This document shows, one piece after another, positions 49,666 through 59,520 of a stretch of DNA of 64,000 bases. The notes beneath the pieces are model-generated. The model had not been told where the DNA came from, did not search any database, and worked only from the letters and a program-made list of their open reading frames with translations. How positions within the stretch are numbered: the stretch's first letter is position 1; every line of letters starts with the position of its first letter. The position numbers and the translations under genes were made by a program. The DNA comes from Candidatus Latescibacterota bacterium (GTDB taxonomy: Bacteria; Latescibacterota; UBA2968; GCA-2709665): contig OZ220733.1 in the NCBI GenBank assembly GCA_965116875.1, positions 4,384,001-4,448,000 on the forward strand, read 5' to 3'.

Positions 49666-50055
49666 ATGAAGAGGCGAGAGATCGGGAGATTCCAGAGTTT
49701 CATTCTTGAGGAAGAGGATACAGTCGTGGTGATGGGTAACCTGAACGCCCATGCGGACTTCCTCACGCGGTGCGGGTTCAGCCGTCACCCCGATACGGGC
49801 GAGTACGTCGGCACTGGCGCCAATCTCTACGCAATGGCTCCCGGTGATTTCTACGACCGGTTCAGCGCGCGTACCGGCGCGGATCCGGAACTGACCGCGC
49901 AGGCTTACGACGGGGAGGACTTCTACCAGATCGACGGACTGCCGCTGGCCGCGGTGGATGCAGAGGGCGATCCCTGCATCGAGGGAATCACCGCCGTAGA
50001 CATCGAGACCCGGGTCTACATCGAACAGGGGATAGCGAACTTCAGGGTCGGTTAG
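49666..50055 (+). CDS. Hypothetical acidic protein
   Basis: AAGGAGG RBS; convergent with hpnE. Confidence 0.75.
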   Translation: MKRREIGRFQSFILEEEDTVVVMGNLNAHADFLTRCGFSRHPDTGEYVGTGANLYAMAPGDFYDRFSARTGADPELTAQAYDGEDFYQIDGLPLAAVDAEGDPCIEGITAVDIETRVYIEQGIANFRVG

Positions 50056-51392
50056 ACGTGAACGCGTCTTGCTTTCAGGTATTCCAGAGTGTGCGCCGCC
50101 GCCCGGTATCCGCTTTCCACGGCGCTCTCAACCGTGGCCGGGAGGCCGGTGTCGGTCCAGTCTCCTGCGATATAGAGTCCCGGCGCGGCCGTACGGTTCG
50201 GCGGGGGAGAATGACCCTTTGGTAGTGCGAATGTAGCATGCCGTTCCCGCACAACCAGATGGCGTTCCAAGGGGATGTTTCTGGTTTCCGGCAGGAACTT
50301 GTGGATATCACCCATCGCAATCTCCACGAGTTTTTCCTCATGCTGGTCCACCAGACCGTCGGCGGCGCTGGCAACCATCGTTACATGTCCGGGTGATGCT
50401 TTGTCACGACCGTTGTACAGCATCGGCTTATTGAATATCCAGTCCATACGACCATTCAGGAGGCCGACGAAAGGCCGGTTCAGGACGGGCGCCCGAAACC
50501 AGAGGTTAACGGACAGGATCGGGGAAGGATAGAAGGATTTCAAGCGAATCTTGAGATTGTCAAGCCCCTCCGGCAGCAGGCGAGACAGTGCCGGCGGCGT
50601 GATCGCGCAGATGGCGGCATCGGCCGTCACAGCCGCGCCGGACCTGAGTCGGATCCGTATCTTGCCGTTTTCGGCAACGCGCAGCTCCGTGGCCGCTTCG
50701 CCGACGTGGCATGTGCCTCCGTGCCGGTGGATGAAGTTCCTTGCCGCGTCCGTGTACATCGCGCTGAGCCCCACGCCGGGATAGCCCATCAGGGTTGAGT
50801 CGGCGTGCCCGAGAAAGGCGAGTTTCAGGACGGAAGCCAGGTGCCGGGCCGGGGCGGAATCGGGATGTTGATTCAGCGCGGAGATGCAGAGCGGGTCCCA
50901 GAATGCCTGCCGGATGGCTGGAGACTGTCTGCATTCCTCCAGCCATTCATGAACCGTGATCCCGCATGGCAACGACGCCGCCAGGGCCGTCCTGACGCGC
51001 CTCAGCCCCATGACGTCCCCAAGGTTGACCGGTCTGTATCGCATGAAGCCGGCCAGCAGATTGAGGGGGGGCGGCAGCAATCCGGGAAACCTGAGGGCAG
51101 AATGGCCCAGCTCGGGATGTAAAAAATCCAGACGGAACTCTTCCTGAAACCGCAGGCGGTCCCCCGTGCCAATGGTCTCCAGGAACTCCCTGGTCTGGAG
51201 ATAACATTTCATGAAGAGGTGCTGGCCGTTGTCTACGGTATCGCCCGTCGCTCGATCGGCAAATGAATACGCCCGCCCGCCCAGATGTTTCCTGCGCTCA
51301 AACAGGTTGACGACGCACGCGCCCCGTTCCGCAAGGCGAACGCCCGCGGCGAGACCCGCAAATCCGCCGCCGATTATGATCACGCGGCTCAC
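50052..51392 (-). CDS. hpnE: Hydroxysqualene dehydroxylase
   Basis: GGGFAGL FAD motif, GGRAYSF, DNGQH, AGDWTDTGLPATVESAV; adjacent to hpnCD. Confidence 0.92.
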   Translation of the reverse strand: MSRVIIIGGGFAGLAAGVRLAERGACVVNLFERRKHLGGRAYSFADRATGDTVDNGQHLFMKCYLQTREFLETIGTGDRLRFQEEFRLDFLHPELGHSALRFPGLLPPPLNLLAGFMRYRPVNLGDVMGLRRVRTALAASLPCGITVHEWLEECRQSPAIRQAFWDPLCISALNQHPDSAPARHLASVLKLAFLGHADSTLMGYPGVGLSAMYTDAARNFIHRHGGTCHVGEAATELRVAENGKIRIRLRSGAAVTADAAICAITPPALSRLLPEGLDNLKIRLKSFYPSPILSVNLWFRAPVLNRPFVGLLNGRMDWIFNKPMLYNGRDKASPGHVTMVASAADGLVDQHEEKLVEIAMGDIHKFLPETRNIPLERHLVVRERHATFALPKGHSPPPNRTAAPGLYIAGDWTDTGLPATVESAVESGYRAAAHTLEYLKARRVHV

Positions 51393-52249
51393 GGCGGCTT
51401 CTCCCGTATTCCAACCCGGTTACGAAGGCAGAACCCAAGCGCGATGCCCAGCTTTTTCAGGTTGTTTACACGAATCGGATGATGGTACACGTTGTAATTA
51501 ACGGCTTCGATGCGGCTGAGAAGACGACTGTAGATACAACCCATGATTTCGGCCGCAAACAGGCTCTGGCGATCCTCTCTTGGCAGGCATTGCGCCGCTT
51601 TCCTGTAGTAGCTCCGCGCCCGATTGCACTGGAATCGCATCAGCTTCCGGAACCTGGATGTGGCGATTCCGTTGAAGAGGTCTTCTTCGGTGTAGTTGAA
51701 ACGCTGCAGGTCTTCCAGCGGGAGATAGATACGGTCTCTCTTTGCATCGGTCTTGATGTCCCGGAGGATGTTCGTAAGTTGCAGTGCAATCCCCAGATTG
51801 ACGGCGTAATCCCGGGATGCCCGCCTGGTGTAGCCGAAGATCTCAATGCATATCAGGCCGACAATGGAGGCGACGCGGTAACAGTACTCGTACAGATCGC
51901 CGAAGGTCTGGTAGCGGTTTTTCACCAGGTCCATCTCCACGCCGTCTATCAGCTTGAGAAAGTGTTCTTTCGGTATCTTGAAGCGCTTGAGCGCTTTGTG
52001 CAGGTTTACGGTAATCGGGTGCTTTGGCCTGCCGTCGAAGCAGGCGTGGGTTTCGGCGCGCCACTTCGCGAGATTTCGGGTGGCGGCTTCCGGCGATGCC
52101 GCGTCGTCGACCAGGTCGTCGGTGTGCCGGCTGAAGGCGTACGCGGCGAAAATGGCGTCACGCTTGGACCGCGGCAGAAAAACGAACGCGTAGTAAAAGT
52201 TGCTGCGCGCGTTTCGTACGAGCGCCGCTGTGTAGGATCTGATGTTCAT
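51389..52249 (-). CDS. hpnD: Presqualene diphosphate synthase
   Basis: SNFYYAF, DDLVD, YCYRVA, LQLTNILRD. Confidence 0.9.
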   Translation of the reverse strand: MNIRSYTAALVRNARSNFYYAFVFLPRSKRDAIFAAYAFSRHTDDLVDDAASPEAATRNLAKWRAETHACFDGRPKHPITVNLHKALKRFKIPKEHFLKLIDGVEMDLVKNRYQTFGDLYEYCYRVASIVGLICIEIFGYTRRASRDYAVNLGIALQLTNILRDIKTDAKRDRIYLPLEDLQRFNYTEEDLFNGIATSRFRKLMRFQCNRARSYYRKAAQCLPREDRQSLFAAEIMGCIYSRLLSRIEAVNYNVYHHPIRVNNLKKLGIALGFCLRNRVGIREKPP

Positions 52250-53175
52250 AGGGTACGGATGCTGGAACTGTCGCGAACACGCGGGTTCCTGAAGAGGGCT
52301 CGGAAGAACAGGCCTGGAAGTTCCCGTTTTTCAATTTTCGGACGACAGTTGAATACGTCGCATCCGCCCGTAAGGAGCTTGTCCAGAATTCGCATCCCGC
52401 CCAGCCAGGTGAGTCGAAGTTCGTATTTGAGGCGGCCGGAGACCAGATCCGGCAGTTCGGCGCCCCGTCGAAAGAGCATCCTCGTTCGTTCGATTTCGCA
52501 GGCCAATAATGACCTGAAGCCGTCGGTAGCGCGGCCGTGTGCCAGGTCGTCCTCCGTAACGTCGAAACGGTCCATATCGTCCTGGGGCAGGTAGATACGA
52601 CCTCGGGAATAGTCAATTGCAATGTCCTGCCAGAAGTTGGCCAGTTGTAGCGCCGTACAGATCCGATCGGAAAGCAATCTGCGGCGCTCGTCCGTGTAGG
52701 AAAACAGGTGCAGAATGAGGCGCCCCACCGGAGCAGCGGAATACCTGCAATAGGACAGCAGATGGTTGAAAGTCCTGTGCCGCTGCGTGACGACGTCCAT
52801 CTTGAATGCGTGGAGCAGATCGTGCAGATGCCGGCGGGGTATATGCCGCGATCGGATCGTTTCTCCGAGGGCGGTCAGTATGGGGCCTTCCGGCGCGACC
52901 GTGCAGGACGCGAGTCTCGCATCCCACTCATCCAGCCGCTGCGTGCGTTCGGCCGGAGCCAGGCCGGGTTCGTCCGCAAGGTCGTCGGCGGTACGCGCGA
53001 AGGCATAGATGCTGTACACGTGGGGCCGTATCCCGGCGGGAATCATACGGGATCCCACCGGGAAGTTTTCATAGTGACTGCGCGTAAGGGCTTCGCAATA
53101 GGCGAATGCGTCATCGAGTGACGTCGTCGCGCGTAAGCCGGATGACGCGGCGGCCCGATCTGCAGAGGTTCCCAT
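52246..53175 (-). CDS. hpnC: Hydroxysqualene synthase
   Basis: HYENFPVGS, ARTADDLADE, ALQLANFWQD. Confidence 0.92.
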   Translation of the reverse strand: MGTSADRAAASSGLRATTSLDDAFAYCEALTRSHYENFPVGSRMIPAGIRPHVYSIYAFARTADDLADEPGLAPAERTQRLDEWDARLASCTVAPEGPILTALGETIRSRHIPRRHLHDLLHAFKMDVVTQRHRTFNHLLSYCRYSAAPVGRLILHLFSYTDERRRLLSDRICTALQLANFWQDIAIDYSRGRIYLPQDDMDRFDVTEDDLAHGRATDGFRSLLACEIERTRMLFRRGAELPDLVSGRLKYELRLTWLGGMRILDKLLTGGCDVFNCRPKIEKRELPGLFFRALFRNPRVRDSSSIRTL

Positions 53176-53275
53176 ACGTAAAAGATAATTGATAAGTATC
53201 GAATTCGCCAGAACCAGGCGCCCGGGGGAAGGGTACCGGATTCAATTTCAAATTTCGGCAAGAGGCGACATACGG

Positions 53276-53887
53276 ATGGCAAAGCAGAGACGAACACCAT
53301 CGGGACCACGAGTCATACCACCGGCGCACGGTGAAGAACGCGTTCATCAGGCTCACGTCTATTACGGTTACGGCAAGGGCAAGACGACATGTTGCGTCGG
53401 GCTGTCAATCCGTGCGGCCGGGGCCGGGAGGAAGGTAGCCCTGGTGCAGTTCGACAAGGGGTACGACGGAGAGACAGAGCACTATTCCGAACGCCACGTC
53501 CTGAGGCGGATTGACGGGATCGAGTTGCATCCGACCGGATGTGAACGAATGATGCCGGACGGCTCGTTTCGATTCGGGGCGGAGCCCCGGGACATTGAGG
53601 AAGCGCGGCGCGGACTCGAAACCGCCCGCCGGCTGCTTCGGAAGGGCGCTCAGGATCTGCTGATTCTGGACGAGATTCTCGCAGCGGTCGCCTATGGTCT
53701 GCTGCGGCCGGAGGACGTGATGGGCCTGCTCGATCTGTACGACGAGGAACGCCGGTGCGAACTGGTGCTGTCAGGCCACAAGGTCTGGGACGCGCTTGTT
53801 GAACGCGCAGACCTGGTGACGGAGATGCGCAAAGTCAAACACTATTACGCCAGGGGGGTACCGGCGCGTGAAGGCATCGAATTCTAG
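53276..53887 (+). CDS. cobO: Cob(I)yrinic acid a,c-diamide adenosyltransferase (CobO/BtuR family)
   Basis: GxGKGKTT, VQFDKG, LILDEI, ADLVTEM..VKHY...AREGIEF. Confidence 0.88.
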   Translation: MAKQRRTPSGPRVIPPAHGEERVHQAHVYYGYGKGKTTCCVGLSIRAAGAGRKVALVQFDKGYDGETEHYSERHVLRRIDGIELHPTGCERMMPDGSFRFGAEPRDIEEARRGLETARRLLRKGAQDLLILDEILAAVAYGLLRPEDVMGLLDLYDEERRCELVLSGHKVWDALVERADLVTEMRKVKHYYARGVPAREGIEF

Positions 53888-54116
53888 TGTACCATGGCCT
53901 GGACCTGATACCGGTCGTACGAGTACGGCGCGTATCCCGTATTGCCGAGGGTACAGGAAAAGTGTTTGTTTCGTCCTGACCGTGCAATTATCTTGAGGTC
54001 GCAACGCATGATGCGCTTTGTCGATAGAAAACAGACCCCCGGATCCGCGTTCCAGAGGTCTGTTTTTGGTGTATCGCGACTCATACCCGTAATTGAATGA
54101 CTGGGGATGCCGGCTG

Positions 54117-56516
54117 ATGCGGAATAAGAACCTGTTTCACACGGGTCGAGTGAAGATCATCGGATCCGCCCCGCCCAACCTCGCGTGCCTGTGGGACGGG
54201 AACATCGAAACCGCCGTAAACTGGTCGCAGGTGTCCGGAGAATGCGGGTTCGACGTCCGGTTTGACGGATCCGTCGTGTGCCGGGTGGTGGTGCTGAGAT
54301 GGAAGGCGATGCCCGCGGATTACGATCTCGCCGTTCGCCGGTCCCACAGGTGGCAGGTGCAGGATTCGATTCGAAACAACGTCGTCATCGGGCCCAGGGT
54401 GAAGCTCCATTTGCTCGACGACGTCCGGACGGACGGGCTGCGCGTCCGGATTGCACGTTCTGTCAGTGAAGACCTGCACGGCAGAAGGGCAAACCCGGGT
54501 GAGGAGGTCGCCCTGTACGGGGTGGAAGCGTACGCGGCGGACCGGCTTCCGTCATACATTCAGGCATTTCTGAATCGGGACACGCCGAGGCTGGGGTCCA
54601 CGTCGGGCGATCTGTCGAAACGCAACCATGAGACGCCGGACCCTTCTCTTCTGGATGTCGAGGTCCCCGCCTGGGCGCCGATTCCGAAGCGTCTCTACAA
54701 CGGGCAAGAGACCGGGCGGGCGGTCAACGAAAAGGATTCCGCGAGACGGACGATGCTTCAGGGGTGCGCGGGCGCTTTTGCACGGACCGGCGACCTGCGA
54801 TTTGCGTTGAAGGCGCGGGAGGTACTGCTGGCGAATCTGGACCATTACGACAGGTACCAGTCGTTTCGGTTTACAGGAATAGCCTGGAAGGCCGTCACCT
54901 TTCAGGATCCGGCGTACAACCTCAGGGAGATGATGGCGTCGTACGACATGCTCGTCGCTTTGCCGCTCCTTGAGTTGCGCGACCGCATGCGTTTTCTCTT
55001 CTTTCTGCTGGACCTGGGTGAGTTCCAGTACCTGGCGATGCGGGACCGTTTCGAGGCACGGGAAAACTGGGCGTCGTGTTCGCTGGCCGAGATGGTCTTT
55101 CTGGCTTACTATCTGGAGGATTTCCCAGAGGTCGGTCGCTGGTTGAAGCTGGCCGACGAGCGATACGGGTCCTGTTTCGAACCCTTTCTGGACGACGGAT
55201 ACTGGTGGGAATGTTCGCCTTCGCACTCGGTTTATATGATCAGGGGCATGTGCAGGTACGCGCTGGGCAAACATCTGATCGGGGATCCGGTCTGGTCGAA
55301 GGCGTATCACGGTAAATCGCTGGCGTACGTGTTGGAGGCGCTGTGCAAGACGCTTACGCCCTTCGGGGAAGTGCCCTCCATCAACGACTCCAACGGAAAC
55401 GACGGCCATCTGCTCACGGACTATCCGGAACTCCGGGTCCCGCTGTACCTGATCGGCCGCGGGGATCTGTTGCGGATGGCAGGGGATTCAGGAATCGCGC
55501 CTTCCATGCCCGGCGTGGAGTTAAGGCCGGTCCCGCAGGAAGACCCTCCCTATACCTCTGTGATGTTGCCCGACGCAGGCTTGGCGGTGATGCGGGACGG
55601 ATGGTCGAAAGACGACGCGTATCTGATTCTTGATTTCGGGCCGCACGGAGGCGGGCACGGACACCCTGACAAGCTGAGCTTCGTTATGTTCGCCAACGGG
55701 CACCACTGGATTCCGGATGCGTCGAATTCGCCGCATTATTCCATCTTTCCGGAACAGTACACCTGGCACAAGCAGACCATTTCGCACAATACCGTGCTGG
55801 CGAATCACGGGAGTCAGAACGAATGCACCGGTCAACTCGTGTTCTGGCATACCGATGACGACGTCGATATGGTCTGTGCGTTCCACGACGAGGGCTATGA
55901 AGGCCTGGTGCACCGGCGTACGATCGTTCATCCCCGGCACGGATATTTCCTCATCCACGACGAGCTTCGCGCCGAAGCGAACGGATTCGAACTGGATTGG
56001 CTCTTGCACGTCTATGGCGAGGTCGAGTCGCAGGCGGCAGGCAGGGTGTGTTTCAGCAACGGCAGCGGGAAACAGCGTCTGTTGTGGTGTTCCGAGGATA
56101 TTGGAACCACGCCCATGGCCGCTTCCCGCGGCCTCTGCGGCGGGTTCCGGAAACAGGACTGGACCGGTCGCGGGTACCCGCCGAAAGGGGGGCCGGGCTG
56201 GGTCTACATCCCGTATTTCCGGCTGCCGGCCCGGATCGAGCCGGGTGGCGGGCGCGCCGAGTTTTTTTCAGTTCTCTATCCGTTTGCGGGAGACGTACCG
56301 GATGTGGCCTTCGAACGCGTCGGCGACAGGCGGGGGCGGGCGTCCGGAATCAGAATCAGCTTCAATGGGCTTGTGGATTTCTATGCCGGCGCCGATTCCC
56401 TCTACGACGCGGGGCGGGACGGCGACTTCAGGTGCGGGGGCCTGACCGGACGCTGCAAAGCCGTATTCGAGCGGCGCGATGGCGCGGATCTGGTCTTTCG
56501 GAAGGAATGTGACTGA
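54117..56516 (+). CDS. Heparinase II/III-like lyase with N-terminal beta-sandwich-like domain
   Basis: DDGYWWE, AGLAVMRDGW, GGHGHPDKLS, SHNTV. Confidence 0.85.
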   Translation: MRNKNLFHTGRVKIIGSAPPNLACLWDGNIETAVNWSQVSGECGFDVRFDGSVVCRVVVLRWKAMPADYDLAVRRSHRWQVQDSIRNNVVIGPRVKLHLLDDVRTDGLRVRIARSVSEDLHGRRANPGEEVALYGVEAYAADRLPSYIQAFLNRDTPRLGSTSGDLSKRNHETPDPSLLDVEVPAWAPIPKRLYNGQETGRAVNEKDSARRTMLQGCAGAFARTGDLRFALKAREVLLANLDHYDRYQSFRFTGIAWKAVTFQDPAYNLREMMASYDMLVALPLLELRDRMRFLFFLLDLGEFQYLAMRDRFEARENWASCSLAEMVFLAYYLEDFPEVGRWLKLADERYGSCFEPFLDDGYWWECSPSHSVYMIRGMCRYALGKHLIGDPVWSKAYHGKSLAYVLEALCKTLTPFGEVPSINDSNGNDGHLLTDYPELRVPLYLIGRGDLLRMAGDSGIAPSMPGVELRPVPQEDPPYTSVMLPDAGLAVMRDGWSKDDAYLILDFGPHGGGHGHPDKLSFVMFANGHHWIPDASNSPHYSIFPEQYTWHKQTISHNTVLANHGSQNECTGQLVFWHTDDDVDMVCAFHDEGYEGLVHRRTIVHPRHGYFLIHDELRAEANGFELDWLLHVYGEVESQAAGRVCFSNGSGKQRLLWCSEDIGTTPMAASRGLCGGFRKQDWTGRGYPPKGGPGWVYIPYFRLPARIEPGGGRAEFFSVLYPFAGDVPDVAFERVGDRRGRASGIRISFNGLVDFYAGADSLYDAGRDGDFRCGGLTGRCKAVFERRDGADLVFRKECD

Positions 56517-56621
56517 TCGCCGCCGCGCGCCGGGCACCCTTGGATGCGCCGTCGGGCTGCGGCTGACGAAAACCGGTCTTGCCAATGCCGGAACCGAACA
56601 CCGGGGAGGAGGGTGCGCATT

Positions 56622-57413
56622 TTGAACGACGAACACGTCTTTGGTGGGCTGGACGGCCGCCGTCGGTCGCGAAAACCCCGGGATGTGGGGTTGACCATGG
56701 TGGTGGACTGGGGTCTTGGGTCGGGGGCGCAGTCTGATCTTATAGAGACCGCGGCCCCCTTTTTTGATTTCGCAAAGGTGGCCGTTGGGATTTCGAGGCT
56801 GCTGGCCGGCGAATTGCTCAAAGCGAAAATCAGGGACTATCTGAAGCATCGTATCGAACCGTTTCCGGGAGGGCAGTACCTGGAGTATGCCGAGGTGCAC
56901 GGCACGGCCCACCTGTATCTTCCCGCCGTGGCGGAAGCAGGGTATCGTTGGGTGGAAGTGTCGGACAATCTCGCCGCGGTAACGCACAGATGGAAGTTGA
57001 AGATGATCCGTGAGGCGGTGGAAGTCCACGGGCTGACGGTGCTGGGCGAAGTGGGGCAGAAGGAGGGGCTGGATGCGGGCATCCCCATGGCCGACGACGT
57101 GAAGGCGTGTCTCGATGCGGGGTCCCATGTCGTTCTGCTGGAGGCGGCGGAACTGGTGGACGAGGATGCCGGCACGGCGCGGCAGGTTGAGCAGGCCGTG
57201 GAGGCGGCCGGTCTGGATAAAGTCATGTTCGAATTGCCGGGACCATGGATAGAGGGCGTGCATCCGCACGACGTCCACCGGATGCGGCGGACCCTCGTCG
57301 ACCGGTACGGTCCGGAGGTGAATCTGGGCAACGTGCTTCCGGATGATCTGATGACGCTGGAAGCCTATCGCCGGGGATTGGGCGTCAACGCGGGAAGCCA
57401 GGAGGTGGAGTGA
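56622..57413 (+). CDS. comA: Phosphosulfolactate synthase family protein
   Basis: RKPRDVGLTMVVDWG, EVSD, EVGQK, VNLGNV, LEAYRRGL; TTG start after GGAGGA. Confidence 0.88.
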   Translation: MNDEHVFGGLDGRRRSRKPRDVGLTMVVDWGLGSGAQSDLIETAAPFFDFAKVAVGISRLLAGELLKAKIRDYLKHRIEPFPGGQYLEYAEVHGTAHLYLPAVAEAGYRWVEVSDNLAAVTHRWKLKMIREAVEVHGLTVLGEVGQKEGLDAGIPMADDVKACLDAGSHVVLLEAAELVDEDAGTARQVEQAVEAAGLDKVMFELPGPWIEGVHPHDVHRMRRTLVDRYGPEVNLGNVLPDDLMTLEAYRRGLGVNAGSQEVE

Positions 57414-57416
57414 ACG

Positions 57417-58601
57417 ATGAGACTCGAGGATGCCGGCATTGAGATCGATGACGAGTTTCCGTGCGGCAGCGCGGGTGAGATGCGTATCACGACCGACGGC
57501 CGCTATGAGATCGGCTACCAGCCCGAGGAGATTCCACGGTGGTTTCAGGACCTGCTGGATGAGTTGTTCGACGGGGCGGGTGTCCCAAAGGAGTACATGG
57601 CCCATGTGCGCGTACGCAACACGGGCGATGCCCCGCGGCGCGCGAAGCTCCGGTTTCTGCTGAGCCGAAAGGGCTCGAATTATATGTACCCGCCGTGGTG
57701 GGTGTGGCGGGAAGATAGTGGTTGGGCCTGGCTGCCGCCGGAAGACACGGACTATCGCGAACACGAGTATATGGACGCGCAGGTTGACGTTCGACCGGGG
57801 GAAGCCGTTCGAATCGCCTCGGCGCCGTATGAGACACCGGATGCGGTACTGGAGAAGGCGCGCCGGCTGGCGGAAAGTTCAGACGTCTGGACATACCGGG
57901 AGATCGGGACGTCCGCGCAGGGTCGGCCCCTTCCGGTTCTCGAGTCGCCGCCGCGCGAACTGAAGCTTCTTGTGGATGCGACCATGCAGTCCTGTGAGCC
58001 GGTTTCGTGGGGGATCATGCACGTCGCCCACTGGTTGACCATTCCATCGGCGCGGGCGCAACGGCTTCTGGAGAATGTGCAGTTCTGCCTCTTGCCGATG
58101 ATGAATCCGGATGGCGTCTTCGTGGGCCACAGCGTGACAAACGCGGTCGGGGAGGTGCCCAAGTTCGGGATCAACAACCTCGTTGAGGGCAGGGGCGCGG
58201 CCAGGGAAACCGAGGCACTCTGGAAGTACCTGCTGGACACCCGGCCGGATGCCGCGATCGAGGTGCATGCCCACTTCACCCGGGCGGGATTCACCCGGAG
58301 TATCGGAATGCACGACAAGGAGGCCCTGCCCCGTCATCTGCGAGAAAAAGGCGCCGTCATCGAGGCGTCGATCACGGAGAATTATCACACCCCGCCGCTC
58401 GAGAACCGGCGGGTACTGATCGACCCTCGAGAGCCGGAGCTCAACGTATATGGCGACAGGTACGTGAGCGAGCATGCGGGTACGATCCGGACGTTTCTTC
58501 AGGCCGTCCCCGACAGCATCGAGTCCCATTGCGCCGACGTAAGAGAAATGACGGAAACAATCGGGAACGCCCTGATTTCGTGGAAGACGCCCCACACATA
58601 G
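57417..58601 (+). CDS. M14 zinc carboxypeptidase-like protein
   Basis: IGTSAQGRPL, LPMMNPDG, ARETEA, IEVHAH. Confidence 0.75.
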   Translation: MRLEDAGIEIDDEFPCGSAGEMRITTDGRYEIGYQPEEIPRWFQDLLDELFDGAGVPKEYMAHVRVRNTGDAPRRAKLRFLLSRKGSNYMYPPWWVWREDSGWAWLPPEDTDYREHEYMDAQVDVRPGEAVRIASAPYETPDAVLEKARRLAESSDVWTYREIGTSAQGRPLPVLESPPRELKLLVDATMQSCEPVSWGIMHVAHWLTIPSARAQRLLENVQFCLLPMMNPDGVFVGHSVTNAVGEVPKFGINNLVEGRGAARETEALWKYLLDTRPDAAIEVHAHFTRAGFTRSIGMHDKEALPRHLREKGAVIEASITENYHTPPLENRRVLIDPREPELNVYGDRYVSEHAGTIRTFLQAVPDSIESHCADVREMTETIGNALISWKTPHT

Positions 58602-58670
58602 GCTGCCGGAAGGAGAACCGCGTCGCGCGTCTCGGAAGACCGGGCACGGGTTCATCACGAGGAGAAGAAC

Positions 58671-59462
58671 ATGAAAATTGGTGTAACGCAGATCATTCTG
58701 GGCCGGTTTTCGCTGGACGAAACGCTGGAGCTGTGCGGGACAGCCGGATACGAGGCGCTGGAGCTCGTGTTCAGCGAAGGCGGCGATCCGGATGTGAATA
58801 TGAGCGACGACGAAATACGGTCGACACGCCGGAAGTGCGAAGCCGCCGGACTCGAAATCGGCAGTTCGATAGCGCAATATGCGGATCGGGGAAACTTCCT
58901 CAGCCTGCATTCGAATCACCGCGAGCAGGGCGTCCGGTGTCTCGCCCGGTCCATTGAAATCGCGCATGTTCTGGGAACCGACGCTGTGCTGTTGCACCCC
59001 GGCCAGCTCACTGCCGAAGGAACCTATGAACAGGCCTGGGACCTGATGCTGGGCGCGCTCCGGGACCTGGCGCCCCTGGCCGAGGAGAAGGCCGTGTCCG
59101 TGGGCATCGAGAATGTCTGGAACAAGTTCCTCTTGAGCCCGCGGGAGATGGCGGCGTTTGTGGACGCCGTGGGAAGTCCCCGGGTGGGAACCTATCTCGA
59201 CACCGCGAACATGATGGCCTACGGCTATCCGGAACACTGGATTCGCGGTCTTGGGAGTCGCATCGTACGCGTGCATTTCAAGGATTTCAGCCGCAGCGAA
59301 CACCGATTCGTGGATCTCCTGGACGGAGATACCGATTGGCCCGCGGTCATGGCCGAACTGCGCGCCATCGGATATGGTTCTCCGGTCGTACACGAGGTTT
59401 CGGGAAATCGCGAGGCGCAGATCGAAACGGCGAGACGAATGAGGACGATCGTGGCGATGTGA
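58671..59462 (+). CDS. Sugar phosphate isomerase/epimerase (xylose isomerase-like TIM barrel)
   Basis: GIENVWNKFL, YLDTAN, VHFKD, VVHE. Confidence 0.92.
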   Translation: MKIGVTQIILGRFSLDETLELCGTAGYEALELVFSEGGDPDVNMSDDEIRSTRRKCEAAGLEIGSSIAQYADRGNFLSLHSNHREQGVRCLARSIEIAHVLGTDAVLLHPGQLTAEGTYEQAWDLMLGALRDLAPLAEEKAVSVGIENVWNKFLLSPREMAAFVDAVGSPRVGTYLDTANMMAYGYPEHWIRGLGSRIVRVHFKDFSRSEHRFVDLLDGDTDWPAVMAELRAIGYGSPVVHEVSGNREAQIETARRMRTIVAM

Positions 59463-59520
59463 CTGCGATTGCCGTTGCAGTTGAAGATCCACTGTAATGA
59501 TGGGGTTTGAAGGAGCATCG

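Noticed and set aside
53176-53275. Cobalamin riboswitch upstream of cobO
   Set aside because: Only ~100 bp of divergent intergenic DNA and no recognisable B12 box.
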